64,000 nucleotides of DNA from Octopus vulgaris (GCA_951406725.2 OX597824.1:98394001-98458000); one strand, 5' to 3'; counted from the first letter of the stretch, positions 13,908-28,212 are shown. Numbers and translations: made by a program. Notes: generated from the letters alone by a model not told the origin.

Positions 13908-13909
<2 letters not shown>

Positions 13910-14200
13910 AGGCAGTAACTTCGACGCTTAGGTTTACTTTCCGTCATCAGACTGTGATTCAGTTTGGTTTTCAGGATGCCAAGTTTTATATACTCGTGTT
14001 TTGGTAGGGTATTTCTTTGGTGGGTAGAGCAATGTGTATATGAAACTTAAGAATGGTATTAATTTGTAGGTAGAAAGTACAAGTGTTTATGTAAAAGAGG
14101 CGGATGAAAAAGAACAAGAGGAAATACATGTTTGCGGAATGTAGGTAGAAAGGAATAAATGGTTGAGATAGTTTATCTGGTTTGATATATTTTATATATG
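13908..14200 (-). mobile_element. PLE-like terminal fragment with degenerate hammerhead (13913-13954)
   Basis: Minus strand: CAGU CUGAUGA cg...cguc GAAGUU ACUG; stem I intact, GAAAC apparently shortened. Confidence 0.45.
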
Positions 14201-14215
14201 TTATAATGTATATAT

Positions 14216-15207
14216 ATTTCCCTTGGGGGCTGCCCAGATCGGAGCAATCTCAAGATTAATCAGCCAAAATTGCGAGGATGATCCGGTTCTTGACTGATGA
14301 TTGAGGGCTTCGAATGTCCCGTCCGTGTTTTTTGTGTCGTCTTCTAAATGTTTCACGTTCTTGTCCCAGTTTGTATATTTTTTTATTTTTTTACTTTTAC
14401 ATATATACATAGCGGCTACGTACCCCTTTTTGACCCTATACGTAAGTATATACTCTTTAACATTGGTACGACTCTACTACACTGTCTCTTCCCCTCTCCT
14501 ACATTTCTCTGCCTTCACCCTTTGCACTCCCCTTGATCTTTCTCTCTTTCTCTCTCTTTCTTCTCCTCCCTTGTTCCCCTTCTTTCTTTCTCTCTTAATC
14601 TGTCCCCCCTCTCCTACATTTCTCTGCCTCTCACACCTTACACTCCACTTGATCTCTCTCTTTCCCTCTCTTTCTTCTCCTCCCTTGTTCCTTGTTCCCC
14701 TTCTTTCTCTCTTCATCTGTCCCTTTCTCCTCTCTTTTGTCCTCGTGTGACCAGCCACCGACTACTGCCTTTTCGCATCCAGCAGTCATTGTGGCAAGAC
14801 ACACTTGTTTGTTCTCTGTGGCCTTAAGGTACTCTTCTATAGCCAGCTCAAAAACTTAACTCGTCCTGTCGAAAAGACGCTTGTCCTGACGTCCTTGGTT
14901 TTGTTGTTATTATTACCATTATTGTTTTTACGTATTTTTGTATTTCTATTCGTGTACATCGTCCGTTTACCGTCTGTGTTGTATACATTCGAGGCTTTCT
15001 TCCAAGGAATCTAATGCGCTTGGCTTAGATTTCCCTTGGGGGCTGCCCAGATCGGAGCAATCTCAAGATTAATCAGCCGAAATTGAGAGGATGATCCGGT
15101 TCTTGACTGATGATTGTGAGCTTCGAATGTCGCATCCGTGTTTTTTGTGTCATCTAAATGTTTCACGTTCTTGTCCCAGTTTGTATATTTTTTAATTTTT
15201 TTACTTT

Positions 15208-15217
<10 letters not shown>
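14216..15217 (+). mobile_element. Partial-tandem element: about 190-bp direct terminal repeats, about 813-bp unit
   Basis: 14216-14407 is similar to 15029-15217 (a few substitutions and a 3-nt indel); non-coding CT-rich interior; TA-rich flanks. Confidence 0.75.
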
Positions 15218-15262
<45 letters not shown>

Positions 15263-15300
15263 TGATTGATAGGTAGATAGATCGATAGATAGATAGGATA

Positions 15301-15462
15301 AGCGTTGGCGTGGCTGTGTCGTAAGGAGCTTACTTCGCAACCACATGGTTCGGGGTTCAGTCCCACTGTGTAGCACCTTGGGAAAGTGTCTTCTGCTATA
15401 GCCTCGGGCCGACCAAAGTCTTGTGAGTGGATTTGGTGGACGGAAACTGAAGGAAGCCCGTC

Positions 15463-15540
<78 letters not shown>

Positions 15541-15760
15541 ACATTTGTGTGTTTGTGTCTGTATTTGTTCCACCACCAGCGCTTGACAACCGATGTTGGT
15601 GTGTTTACATCCTCATGACCTAGCGGTTCCGTAAAAGAGACCGATAGAATAAGTACTAGGCTTACAAAGAATAAGTCCTGGGGTCGATTTGTTCGACTAA
15701 AGGCGATGCTCCAGCATGGCCACAGTCAAATGGCCGAAACAAATAAAAGAATAAAATAAA
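15301..15760 (+). mobile_element. tRNA-derived SINE with internal microsatellite
   Basis: A-box-like TGGCTGTGTCG and B-box-like GGTTCAGTCCC; its 3' part is shared with 57350-57565; A-rich tail. Confidence 0.85.
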
Positions 15761-15789
15761 GATTGTGTGTGTTTGTGCAGGTGCATGTG

Positions 15790-15898
<109 letters not shown>

Positions 15899-15920
15899 AT
15901 GTGTGTGTGTGTGTGTGCGT

Positions 15921-16200
15921 ATAAATCAAAGGTAGAACAGAAAGAAGGCCAGACGCGGGAAAATAGACGATAGCACGATAAACGTCAAACGAGACATAAA
16001 CAAGATACACGGATCATTCGCAGCCGATTTGCTCATCAGTCGCAGTCTGGACTGATGAGGAAAGGACAAGGACGTCCCGGAGTGATGAGCAAATCGGCTG
16101 CGAATGATCCGTGTATCTTGTTTATGTCCTGTCTGCCGTTTATCGTGCTATCGTCTATTTTCCCGCTTGTTGTCTTCTTTCTGTTATACCTTTGATTTAT
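15921..16200. mobile_element. Fold-back element, 118-bp arms and 44-bp loop
   Basis: 15921-16038 pairs with 16083-16200 (imperfect). Confidence 0.85.
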
Positions 16201-16247
16201 TCATGCGGCGCTCCGTGCAGCCTGCTCTTTACTATATATGTATATAT

Positions 16248-16487
16248 AAATTGATTGATAGGTAGATAGATCGATAGATAGATAGGATAAGCGTAGGCGT
16301 GGCTGTGTCGTAAGGAGCTTACTTCGCAACCACATGGTTCGGGGTTCAGTCCCACTGTGTAGCACCTTGGGAAAGTGTCTTCTGCTATAGCCTCGGGCCG
16401 ACCAAAGCCTTGTGAGTGGATTTGGTGGACGGAAACTGAAGGAAGCCCGTCGTATATATATATGTGTGTGTACATTTGTGTATTTGT
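16248..16487 (+). repeat. Local duplicate of 15259-15556 (flank plus SINE head)
   Basis: Only 2 mismatches seen over about 205 bp, including the non-SINE flank. Confidence 0.85.
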
Positions 16488-16493
16488 GTAATT

Positions 16494-16546
<53 letters not shown>

Positions 16547-17109
16547 TATCCAAAGGAATGTATATATGTGATACATCTTTTCGGAGATGTATGCGACTCT
16601 AAGCATATATAAATTCACTTACACGTTGGTAATGAGGCTGGTAATAGTGATCGTGTTATAGGGATAATGCTGGCGGTAGAAGTGATGACGACATCATAGG
16701 CAATTGGCTTCCTCCATATTGTCATTTGTCACACACACACAAACACACACATTTATTCAGTATATGTGTGTAGAGACAGTATATATATACGTGTGTACGT
16801 ATGTATGTGTGTATGTATATTTAGAAAATATGTATTTGTGTATCGCCATTTATGTCCTGCCGCCTCTGACACAACCATCGAGGAACGCGGCTGAGATAGA
16901 GCCACACCGCAACCACTCAACTCTATACTACCACGCTACTAAACTACCACTGGTTTTACACTACCACCACACTACCGCCACACTGCCACAGCACTAACAC
17001 ACCACCATACTCTACTAATACATCACCACGCAACTGGATTGCCGCACAAACAGCACGATCATACTACAACATCACCGCTACTGGAATACGTGCGGTGTAT
17101 TCCGATTTC

Positions 17110-17184
<75 letters not shown>

Positions 17185-17384
17185 ACTTGACTGACCCGCG
17201 TCATGTATCAACAGTCATGTCCTTTCATTGTCTGACGTCTGTAATTGATCTCACCTTTTCTCTTAGTTACAATTGATGGCAGTGAGAAGACGGAGAGAGA
17301 GAGAGAGAGAGAGCGGTCACCGCTGCTGAACATTGATTTTGCATAGTTTTCGTAGGCAGGCAATTGTAACATCTAAAATAACTA

Positions 17385-17695
17385 AATCAAATTATCCATC
17401 TTCTCGAGCGGTCGATGGTGCCGTGAGGAGCTGCAACTGTCCGATGCACACAGGATATGAGGCTTCACTTTCAACATCAAGAAAATAATCTCCATATTAC
17501 ACAGGGCGAATGTTAAGCAATATTGCATGTCATTTCCAAATTTCTGACAAAGTGAATTGCGTCCTGCTGTTGTTTTTCTCACAGACGGTGCCTAACTGAC
17601 CCTACTATACTGTGTAGTGGACAAAATCAAAAACAATGTGCATGCGCGAAATTAAAAATATAAAATGGCGACAATTTACCCATCGCGCCCTGCAT
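17385..17695 (-). mobile_element. Tc1/mariner 5' end remnant
   Basis: TIR-like end (tatgcagggcgcgatgggtaaattgtcgccatttt on minus) followed by decayed N-terminal transposase-like sequence. Confidence 0.5.
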
Positions 17696-17714
17696 ATATT
17701 CTTTTATATGGTCA

Positions 17715-18355
17715 GATATGTGTATATATGTGCCTATACATATTAATATATAGACATATATTTATACATATATACGGTCGAAATCTTTTCCCATGAAAGA
17801 ACCAAAATTTGCCATGTTCGTGAATGTCTTTAAGTTTGTTAAATAAATATTTGGCCCGTTTAACACAACTTTCTTGACTTTCCAGACACGAATTGGCCAC
17901 TTCTAGTTACGTAAGACGTGTATCGAATGTCTTCGTACACCTTGTTTCTGATAGTCCACTCCAACACCAAATACTTTTTTGGCGAAGACCCTCATTGATT
18001 TTCCGGGATCAATCATCGATAATATTTTCAGCCCTTTCGATGATTCGCAGAGTCATTATAATATCCGAACGTTGAGAAAGTCTTTTCTGTCTTCGATATA
18101 CTTAAAGCATTTCCGATAGAGGTCACCAGTTCCATCCGGATTTTCTGTACAATAGATCTTGTAACATTTAGAAAGTTGGTCATTTCTAAATCGCTGGGTT
18201 CCGTACATAGGGCAGCAATAAGGACTGCATCGCTTTCCATTTCTTGTGTTTGCATTTTATCTGCCATGGCGGATCTGAGAAGAAATAAAATCCTTTCAAT
18301 TACTTTGAAGAGAGCAATATATTGAAAATTAGATAACTATCGCAGCCATATCCTG
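17715..18355 (-). mobile_element. Tc1/mariner (maT-like) transposase N-terminal remnant
   Basis: ..SDLEMTNFLNVTRSIVQKIRMEL.. HTH-like segment and downstream FWFF.(D)EK.F-like remnant. Confidence 0.55.
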
Positions 18356-18373
18356 TATGTATATATGTATGTA

Positions 18374-18450
<77 letters not shown>

Positions 18451-18463
18451 GTCTATCTATCTA

Positions 18464-18500
<37 letters not shown>

Positions 18501-19066
18501 GTTATGTATGTATGCACGCGCGTATGTGTGTGTGTGTGTTTATACACACACACATATACATCACCAGCGACCAATTACAATTATATAGCGTTCATCCTGC
18601 TTGTTTTCTCGATTCAAGCAACCAGTGAAAAACGTCATTAGTTTCCCCCACCAGATGGCGGTTGTTGTGCTGGTTGAAGATATGGTTGTTTGTAGACAGG
18701 AAGTGTTTTCCCTGGCACTGTTTCGAATCATCCGTTATTACGTGACTGGAATATTCCTGAAAGACTTCCAGTCGCATTACTGTCAATGCTATTGATATGG
18801 CGGTATTGTTTCTACCATTCCTCACAATTGACTGCCAAACCAATAATTGCTCATTGACTGATGACTAATGACTCAAAATAACATAATCAATACACCGCCA
18901 TCAGTCACACCCATACACAGCCATTGTACACAAACACGCACACACACACCTATATGTATTGTATATATGTGTGTGTGTAAGTGTTTGTGTGTGTATGTAT
19001 ATGCAAATATGTATCTATGCATGCAATTTTATACAACCATACATACGCGCATATACGCATACAAAT

Positions 19067-19105
<39 letters not shown>

Positions 19106-20140
19106 TCCATCTATACACCATACTTAGTGTAAATACATCGTTGAAAGGCAAAGTTACTGTGTTATTTGCCCAGAGATACTATCTCCCTATAGAGTATAAC
19201 TGCTCATAGCCTCAGAATCTTCAGGCATCCTCAGGAACAAGATGTCCATGCATGATTCCACTCGACCTCATATTTTAACAGGTCACCTTCACGCTTACAA
19301 GGTCTCCGCAACCTTGATTACAGGTGTTCGAACGCTGTTTCAAAGGTGACTATGAGCCAAAGGATTCGTCGGCGTCAATGGTTCGCAACTCGAACCTTGT
19401 ACTTTTCTTGCTACCGTCCTGGGGCTACCTGTATAACACGCAAGCTGTACCTGTTTTCTCGTATATTCTTCTTTACTAGTTTCAGCTCGAGAGCTTCGGC
19501 AATGCTGGAGCACCACCGTATCATCATTCTGAATTTTTAAAAATATTAAGAAAATGTTTCCATATACTCTACTGTCGTACGTAAATATATGATGCATTAC
19601 ATCGGTAAGGACTATTCCTCCCCCTTTTCCGAAGGCACAGAGAAACCCCACTCCGTCTTTTTCAAAAACTGAAGTACATCGCTCCTTGTTGCACTTTCTT
19701 AGGTAAGTTCTCCTGAAGCACTCACTTCAGAGACATTCCACTTCTGCGGTCGTTCTTCTGATCACAGCTGATCCATATCCAATGTCTTTTTATGGAGAGC
19801 AAAAAAACAACGGTTGTGCTTTTGTAATCGTAATTTCAATTTGCGTTTTTCCCCCTCATTTTTCTTTATTCTTCTCAAATTGGATTGTGCTTGTAGTTGT
19901 TGTTGTTTTCTTTGAATTGTCATTATTTTCTGATTTTTCCCATTCAATCTGTCACCGTCTTTACAAAGATTCTTTGAGACATATTCACTGCTACCACAGT
20001 TGTGCATAGCACAATTTCTCTCACTACTTCAGAATTGATCATGACGAATCACTAATAATAAAAACAAAAGAGGAGTTTGTAAAAATACAAGTTGGCAAGG
20101 AAATGTGTGTGTGTGTGTGTGTGTGTGTGTATAGATAGAT

Positions 20141-20975
20141 ATGAGGTGCGACCAAAAAGTATCTGAGTTTATTTTTACTTTCAAAACTAATGTCGTGTGG
20201 TCAAAATCCTTTGGGTGGGAGGTGACGTTTTACTGCGCATGCGTGAAAACTTACGCGTCGGTAGGTCGCTTCAGTTCCCGGCTGATACGACTAGAGTACA
20301 GGCGTTTAGAGCGCGCTCGTCAGATTTTTGGTTTCACGCAACATGACCGAACACATCGAGCCCCAGTCTCATCACCAGTGATGGCGGCCTTCATGAAGCC
20401 TGGGTCGTGGTTTGCACAGTACAGCATGTTCTGAGCGATTTCCATGTGGTATCGTTTCTGCCTCTCCACCAGCACCATGGGGTCGAATTTAGCAGGGAAA
20501 CACACTGCATACACAAATCCTTCGTTAAAATGGAATGAACGAATCCTGTGATTATCATCACTTCGTGAGCAATTTCTTGGATTGTTACACGACGGTCCTC
20601 TATGACTACTCGCAGAACCTTCTGAGGAGGTTCCTCATTTTGACGTGTGCGTGACCAATCGCAGCGTGCCTCTCCACTGTGTTTTTGCCATGGTATCATC
20701 ACCAAAGCCCTGCTGAATCTTTTGGACGGTTTGATCTTGAGTTCCACCAAGCTTTTGGGAAAATTTGATGCAATATCTCTGTTCGATGCGTCCAGTGAAA
20801 ACGAAAATCCGACGAGCGCCCACTACAGGTCTGTACTCTAGGCGTAACATCCGGGATCTAACGCAACCTAACGGTGCGAAAAGCTTAACGCATGCGCAGA
20901 AAGAGTGGATTCATCTCCCACCTAAAGGATTTTCCCCACGCAGCATTAGTTTGGCGGGAAAAAATAAAGCCGTAT
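20141..20975. mobile_element. Mariner-derived element made of two inverted 5' ends
   Basis: Minus strand: IEQRYCIKFSQKLG..EDRRVTIQEIA..AKFDP..FMKAAITGDETG; the left part is a + strand 5' end up to MTEHIE; about 200-bp imperfect inverted ends. Confidence 0.8.
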
Positions 20976-20985
20976 GTATATATGT

Positions 20986-21043
<58 letters not shown>

Positions 21044-21120
21044 TCACTCGTGAATTTCATCACACACAACATGGACAAAATTTCTTTATAAGAAAAAATA
21101 CATATTCAAATAAATAAAAC

Positions 21121-21161
21121 ATAATATCATGAATAGCGATAGCGAAACCGGTCGATATTGT
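21121..21161 (+). ncRNA. Minimal hammerhead motif with A3-U8 core
   Basis: AUAAUAUC AUGAAUA GC gaua GC GAAA CCGG UC GAUAUUGU; 8-bp stem I; ACCGGU palindrome; GUC site after 21153; within a TA-flanked insert at about 21044-21215. Confidence 0.65.
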
Positions 21162-21213
21162 AAAAGTTATATTAAAACTATGTAAGTATGCGTATTTTCC
21201 TTTTTTAATTTCT

Positions 21214-21246
<33 letters not shown>

Positions 21247-22213
21247 ATGTATATGTATATCTATGTGTGTATATATGTATGTACACACACACGTATACAC
21301 TCACATACATATATGTATATCTACATGCGTGCGTCTGCATGTGTTATTGTTGTATTTTTAGCCAGAGGACAGAGTCCTAATTCAGTAAATCTAAACTGAA
21401 TCGTGTTTAGTGTTTGAACGCAGATTTGCTTAAACACCATTTTATATTTGCACAAATCAAGGTTTCAACCATAACCATCTCGTGTGTGTTCTTTTTTCGT
21501 TGTTTCGAGGCAAATGTATCTGGGAGTACATTATCCAATATGCAAATAATTGCGGTGTTCTTGCACAGCCTGCTGATTTAGCCGGAAGCAGTTCGACGTT
21601 GTTGACGTATTCATTTGTGATTTCTTCCCTTGTTTCGTGTTCTTAACAATCCGTGTTTTGTTTGTCACAAGTTATTTAATTACAATGTGTTGTGAGGAAC
21701 ACACTGCAAATATCTACAATTCGGAATTGCAATTCAAACAATGTCGATTCTTATTTCTCTCTCTCTCTTTCTCTTTCTATCTCTTTCCCTCAGTCTCTCT
21801 CTCTCTCTCTTTCTCTCTCTTGTCTTCATCCATATTGCTACAGATTACCTCTTAAATGTACGTCTCTCACTCCAGAAGCGAATGTAAATGTCTGACTAAT
21901 CAAGTGGCCTTGCCTTAACTATTGCCGCCGCTGCTGCCACCTAGTAGCAGAAACACAAATGACAACAATATTAACTCAAAACTAGACAACTAAAAATACA
22001 GTTAGCTCCATAATTACACACTTACTCCCCATTTTGCACATGCGCACTGAAAACATGAACAAAATACTCAGTAGGGCAGTCGCGACGTGATTGCTCCATC
22101 TAGTAGAAATAGCAGCTAAATCACCAACAAACCATACCTTCCCATCATAGAAGAGCACACTCCAGATTTTGATGGATATTCCGGGTATAATTCGACACGT
22201 ACGCACTTGTATG

Positions 22214-22325
<112 letters not shown>

Positions 22326-22452
22326 AGAGTATGTGCGTGTATTTATGTATGCATGTGTGTGTGTGTGTGTGTGTGCTTTTTCATTGGCAATGGTTTTCTG
22401 TGTATATACATAATTGTAAATGTTTTCCCAAATAGATTGCATTTCATGTTTG

Positions 22453-22532
22453 GGCTCTGATGAAGTTTATAGGGAGATACTCATGCACTCAACTGAGTTC
22501 ATTGCATCTTATAGCAGAAACAACTGTAAGCT
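22453..22532 (+). ncRNA. Type I hammerhead motif with branched stem II
   Basis: GGCU CUGAUGA a GUUUAUAGG...CUUAUAGC a GAAA CAACUG UA AGCU; GUA site after 22528. Confidence 0.7.
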
Positions 22533-23288
22533 AATGGAGTGCGTTTCTGTGTCATTTTAATTTCTTATATACACATGCACATACATACACGCACACACAG
22601 ACACATCCATATTTATATGTATAATGTACGTATATATTTGTATATGTATGCATTGGGACGTAGAAATACGTTTGGCTTGGTGTCCGATTACTGAGGAATA
22701 TTAACCTCGTCCATTTGACCAACGACAGAGGAGCTACGCCATTGCCACGCTCTCTTTCTCCCTCCAAAGATAAATCAATCAACAGATAATCTGTATCCCA
22801 TCAACCTCTTCGTTTGTGTTCCTCTCGTTGACTGTTGATTATAATATATCAGTGAGTAACCATGCGGTAAAATATTTATGGCATAAATGTCTGTGGACGA
22901 TAACGAATAGTTTGATAGACCGGACGCTCCAGATATATCGCCCTTGAACTATTCTTTCTTAAGATCTGCTAATATCGGATATCATGTTGATATTATTAGT
23001 TATCCCACAGCTCGGATATCCCTGGTGATGATATTATAATAATGTCGTCGAGATATTGTATTCCTTCACGCCACACACGTACGCACGCACACACACACAC
23101 ATTGGTTCATTCACATATCATCACATATACATATACACTGATATACGCATGCGTTTATGTATATACAACGAAGCCGTAACAAAATATACTCCCATCTGTA
23201 TGTTTGTGTGTATGCGCGCACATGTGTGGACAGGCATAATACATGCGCATCTATTCTCAACCCTTGAATCAGTTCTGCACTTTGACAA

Positions 23289-23333
<45 letters not shown>

Positions 23334-23380
23334 GCATAATACATACATGCATAATACATACATACATATATGTGCGTGTG

Positions 23381-23436
<56 letters not shown>

Positions 23437-23455
23437 GATAGAGAGAGAGAGAGAG

Positions 23456-23513
<58 letters not shown>

Positions 23514-23661
23514 GTAGATGAAGCTAGGATTGAAGTTTTCCTTAGAGTTTTAACCCACCGAGAAAATTGGTTCTATTCTTATCGCTTGTATTTTGAGAAA
23601 CCCCGAACCATATTCATTCGACAATAAAACATAGATCGAGGAAGAAATCTTTTTGCTCGAC

Positions 23662-23781
<120 letters not shown>

Positions 23782-25384
23782 GTACAGATATTTATACATA
23801 TCAATATCTACATGTACAACTCGTACCCACATGTATATGTACACATGCACATCCATATATACGTGTATCTGTATGTATTATCGCCTCTGTACACGCATAC
23901 ATACATTCACACATATATACATACTCACACATACATATACACGCACATATGCATGCACTCATATACACACGAATATAATTAGATGGTTGTGATATTCGAG
24001 TATGAGTGAGATCAGGAGTTAAAATGTGGATTTATACGGTTATTGGGATTACCTAAGGGGTATTGTGGAAAAATCGTGGTAGAGGCCATATCTAGAAACT
24101 GAGGTCGGGTGTAAGCATATTCCCCGAGGAAAATCCAGCTCCAAAAAAGCCTCATGATAGCAAAGGAGAATGGGTACCAGCCAGTCCAAAAGCTGGGGTG
24201 GGCTGCACCTGCTTACCTTTGTTGCTATGGCATTGAGGTATATCTGGCCACCCCCATTAACGGGGACAAAACCCGGATTTAAAACACTGGATGAAGATAA
24301 TGAGTTACATGACATATTATTCCGTTGGTTTACATTTATATTGTTTTAATTATGTTTCCATATTTGAACTCTGTCAATATTTTCGTTACGGTTTGGGCGT
24401 TTCGGTCAATTTTATATCCTTTCCTATTATTTAAATTTTTAGGTGAAATATTTGTTTAAATTTATTTTCAGCAGTTAAAGTTTATATTCAATATATATCG
24501 ATCTCTACTGGTTTATTCCCATGTCGCGTTGTTTTAAAACGATTGAAGCCTGTTTAGTGAAAGCGATCTATTATTCCTGTAGTTCACGTTCGGTTTGTTT
24601 TAATTATGATTTTGTGTTTGAAATATATTTTATAGATTATGAAGTCACAATATCCACTGATCTATGTTCTTTAGTTAATCTATGTTTGAAGTTCTAGGTT
24701 TGTCACTTCTTACATTATTATTATTATTATTCGTTTTCTGTATTGATAACGTTTACTTTCGATTGGGTTCACTAATTTTGGTGTAATACGCTTAATTCTC
24801 TCGTTCGTTTTATCTTCTATAATTCTAGCAATCTCCGGTTTGAGGATATTTGTATGTTTTATTCGTAGTTTTTATTCCAAATTTCCGAGTATCAAAGCTA
24901 TAGCGATGAAACAATTTATGTCTGAGATTTAATCTTTGCATTTGTAACAATAAGCAGGTGAAGACGTATTGGACATTCTGTGTCAACACTTCGGCCCCTG
25001 TTTCTTTTCTATTGATCCCCGGGCAGTGTTTATGTTTTTAATACTATTTACTCCGTCCGATTGAATGATACTGCCCCAGGTATCGAAACCACGATGGCAT
25101 TCGTTTCGCAGTCGATGGTGGAAGTATGTTTGACGTCCTCTTTGTCAGTTAGTCTTTTATGTCTCGTGTTCTCATTGTTTTAAATTGACCTTCATTCTCG
25201 TCGGGGTGAAACCGTTAAGGGGTTTCTCGTTTCTTCTTTATGGTATATTATATTATGGTATATCATATATTAATATTGTGTGATCTTCTTTCTTGGAGGT
25301 TATAATTCTGGTAAGGGTAATATTTGTTTAAAGGTGCCTGGCTTAGGAATATTTTGTTGCTTTTTATGTATGTATATACATATA

Positions 25385-25770
25385 TGCAGGTCTGCCAAGT
25401 TTGCGTCAAAGCTGCTTTCAGTTGACCAAAAGGACACTCGGGTCTCAGTTGCACAAGATCTCATTGATTGTGTCGAGAACGATGAGAACTTTTTGAAAAC
25501 TTTGCATAGGCCTCTGAGCGGGTATCGCCAGGCTTCTGGCAAAATTTTGTACAGATTCTCTGCCCAACTTTATCTGTCAATGCGAAGGTCACACGTTACA
25601 CACCTTCCTTCCAGGCACTGTTGTAAACGGAGGAAGCGAGCTACAACGTTAAAACTTAGTGAGCCTGCACAACAGAATTTAAGGTCAACCTGTGCTAAGC
25701 GGCTTTACTCTACGTGCTTCAGCTTCGTTACTATCGCAACAGTCCGGATACTTACTGATCAGACCGCGTA
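25385..25770. mobile_element. Mariner remnant: internal fragment fused to an inverted 5' end
   Basis: + strand AKFASKLLSVDQKDTRVSVAQDLIDCVENDENFLKT; minus strand TIR-like end and DKVGQRICTKFCQKPGDT. Confidence 0.8.
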
Positions 25771-25780
25771 TATAGATATT

Positions 25781-25811
<31 letters not shown>

Positions 25812-25823
25812 ACGTATGTATGT

Positions 25824-25881
<58 letters not shown>

Positions 25882-25889
25882 TATATATA

Positions 25890-26053
25890 GAAATGGAGCA
25901 AAAACGCAATAGAGGCCAATAAAACATTCGGCTAGATAGACTATACAAAGGTGGACAAGAGAAACAACAATTAGAAGAACAGGAAAAAAAGACGTGTCAT
26001 TCGTGGCCTTCTTTCCTCAGTCAAGTACCATAAGTCACGACCGTTTCGGGCAA
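25890..26053 (-). mobile_element. Short TA-flanked element related to the 14216/15029 terminal repeat
   Basis: Minus strand: GAAACGGUC half-motif, then ttgactgagga...cgaatgacacgtc...cttctaa.tgtt...tcttgtcc...tttgtata. Confidence 0.55.
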
Positions 26054-26215
26054 TATATATATATATATATATATTTGTGTTTTAATATTTCAGTTAGTCA
26101 TTGCGAGGCTAATAACTAGGCTCTCTACTATGAGTCCTCTGCATCTTATGTCAGAAACAGCTGTAAAGTAATAAAGTTCATAATCATTTATTCTTTCGTC
26201 TTCTCTCTTTCTCAT

Positions 26216-26316
<101 letters not shown>

Positions 26317-28212
26317 TATATACTCATAACAAAACTAGCACCAGTCACTGTATTCGCTTCTTTATTGAGCATCGTCAGCCGTCGTCTGCTCGCTCCTTGA
26401 TGGTGCTTTCAACTCAAGTTAATCCTCAGTTATTCCGATTCAAATGGAATATTCTCATTGATTTGCTTCTTTCTACTGTTTCAAATTCTTGCCATTTTCC
26501 AACACACTTGTTCTGGACTAATCCGTATGGAGGATTGTAATAATGGAAGACAGAACGGTTTACCTTCTTCAACGGGGAATTCCGGATCATCCTCCTGTTC
26601 CGGTTTACTATTTCAATTTCCATCTTCCTTTTTATGTTTCCGATCATTTGATGACGTCATCTTCAGTCACACACTTTCAACAAACACTGTTTCGTAAAAC
26701 TTGCATTCGAAATCTATCAGTTATTTCACCCCTACCATCGCCACCAACCACCACCACCACCACCACCACCACCACCACCATCATTATCAAGACCTTCACT
26801 ACCAAAGCACCTGTCCACCATCATCATCATCATCATCACAACCAACACAAATAACGCGATCGCCGCCATAAATACAGCATCACTTATCCCCACAAATATT
26901 ACCTTCACCACCACCACCACAATTACCAAATCCACCGCCACCACCACCACTACTGTTATCCCTATCATCACCACCACTACCATCATGACCAGCGGCAGCA
27001 GCAGCAGCAGCCTCGCAAATATTTTATAATTTCCGATGTTTGTTAGTTTTCAAAATTATTTTATAGTTTATTTATTTCAATGTTAGAAATATTTAAAAGA
27101 TAGGGGACGAGGATACAACACGAACGCCATCTGCTGGGGGAAAAATTGATTGTTATGGGCGAGCACAAACAGGCTCCCTTGTTGTTGTTATTTGCTCCAG
27201 GTCAGCCCAAATCAGACAAACCTAGAATAAAAGGGATTCTGGCCGTGAACATCGCATCTGTTTAAAGTATTGTGGGAAACAACACCACATTGTCTAATGT
27301 CGTCTTTCCAAAGTGTGATTTGGCTGCTGTTTCTAGCAGAGCAAGAGCTTCTCTCCCATCTTTAACTGGTACACCCTCCTCTCTGGGTATTTGTAGTTAG
27401 CAAACAAGATTAAAAGAACATGTAGAAAACCGGGTTATTTCTGGTGAATTACACCCAGGAAAATGTATAACAAAACCTGTTAAATAATTCTTTACGATTT
27501 AAAGCTTGCAGCAGTTTTAATAAAACAAAAAAGCAAGCGATTTACGAATATATTTTTTAAAAGTAAATATGGAAGCAGAAGAATGAAACTTTAAATGTTA
27601 AGTTTGATACAATTGTAAATCCTGGCAGCAGATTTAGCAGAACTCACTGAATTACAAAATTCTTTTTCTTTTCTTCCCTTTCTTTGGTTAAAATGTCCAA
27701 GTACATATCGTCAGTTCGCTGACCTTTTTCTCAAGGCCATGATCACTAGAAATAGCTTAAGTCTTGCTGCTGCCCACCAATCTTACCTTCAGCGATCAAG
27801 AACAAAACTTAATTTAGTCAAAACATTAAAATTAGTATTTAAATTCTTCGGTTAATCGTTGCGAAATGAAGAAAAGAATATTCAAGGCCTGTGCAAAGAG
27901 TGTTAATAATTAAGTTTGGTCGGCTGGAAGCAAAACTTGGTGAAACTACTAATTTCATCAAAAACACGTTCGAATGCTTTCTTTCGTTGATCATTTCAGT
28001 TCCTAAATAATTATTTTATAGTGAGAACCCAGAAACATTAAAATTTCATGGGCTTCTCTCACTTCGTAACAAGTTTGAAATATTTTCTTGGCTTTTCTTT
28101 GTGTTAGATGTGATCAAAAAAGGAAGAGCTCAGCCAACGCATTTTCACGCCCCCGAGCAATGGATGCTGAAGACCTGCGTGTTATTCGCGAGTAGCAGTT
28201 TGGCCATCGCTG

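Noticed and set aside
15301-15375. tRNA gene
   Set aside because: A/B boxes belong to a SINE head that continues into the SINE body; no full cloverleaf.
19200-20060. Possible retroelement ORF1/gag remnant
   Set aside because: No recognisable motif in the frames examined; left unassigned.
24000-25260. Complex non-microsatellite block, possibly an old element
   Set aside because: The frames I translated gave no assignable domain.
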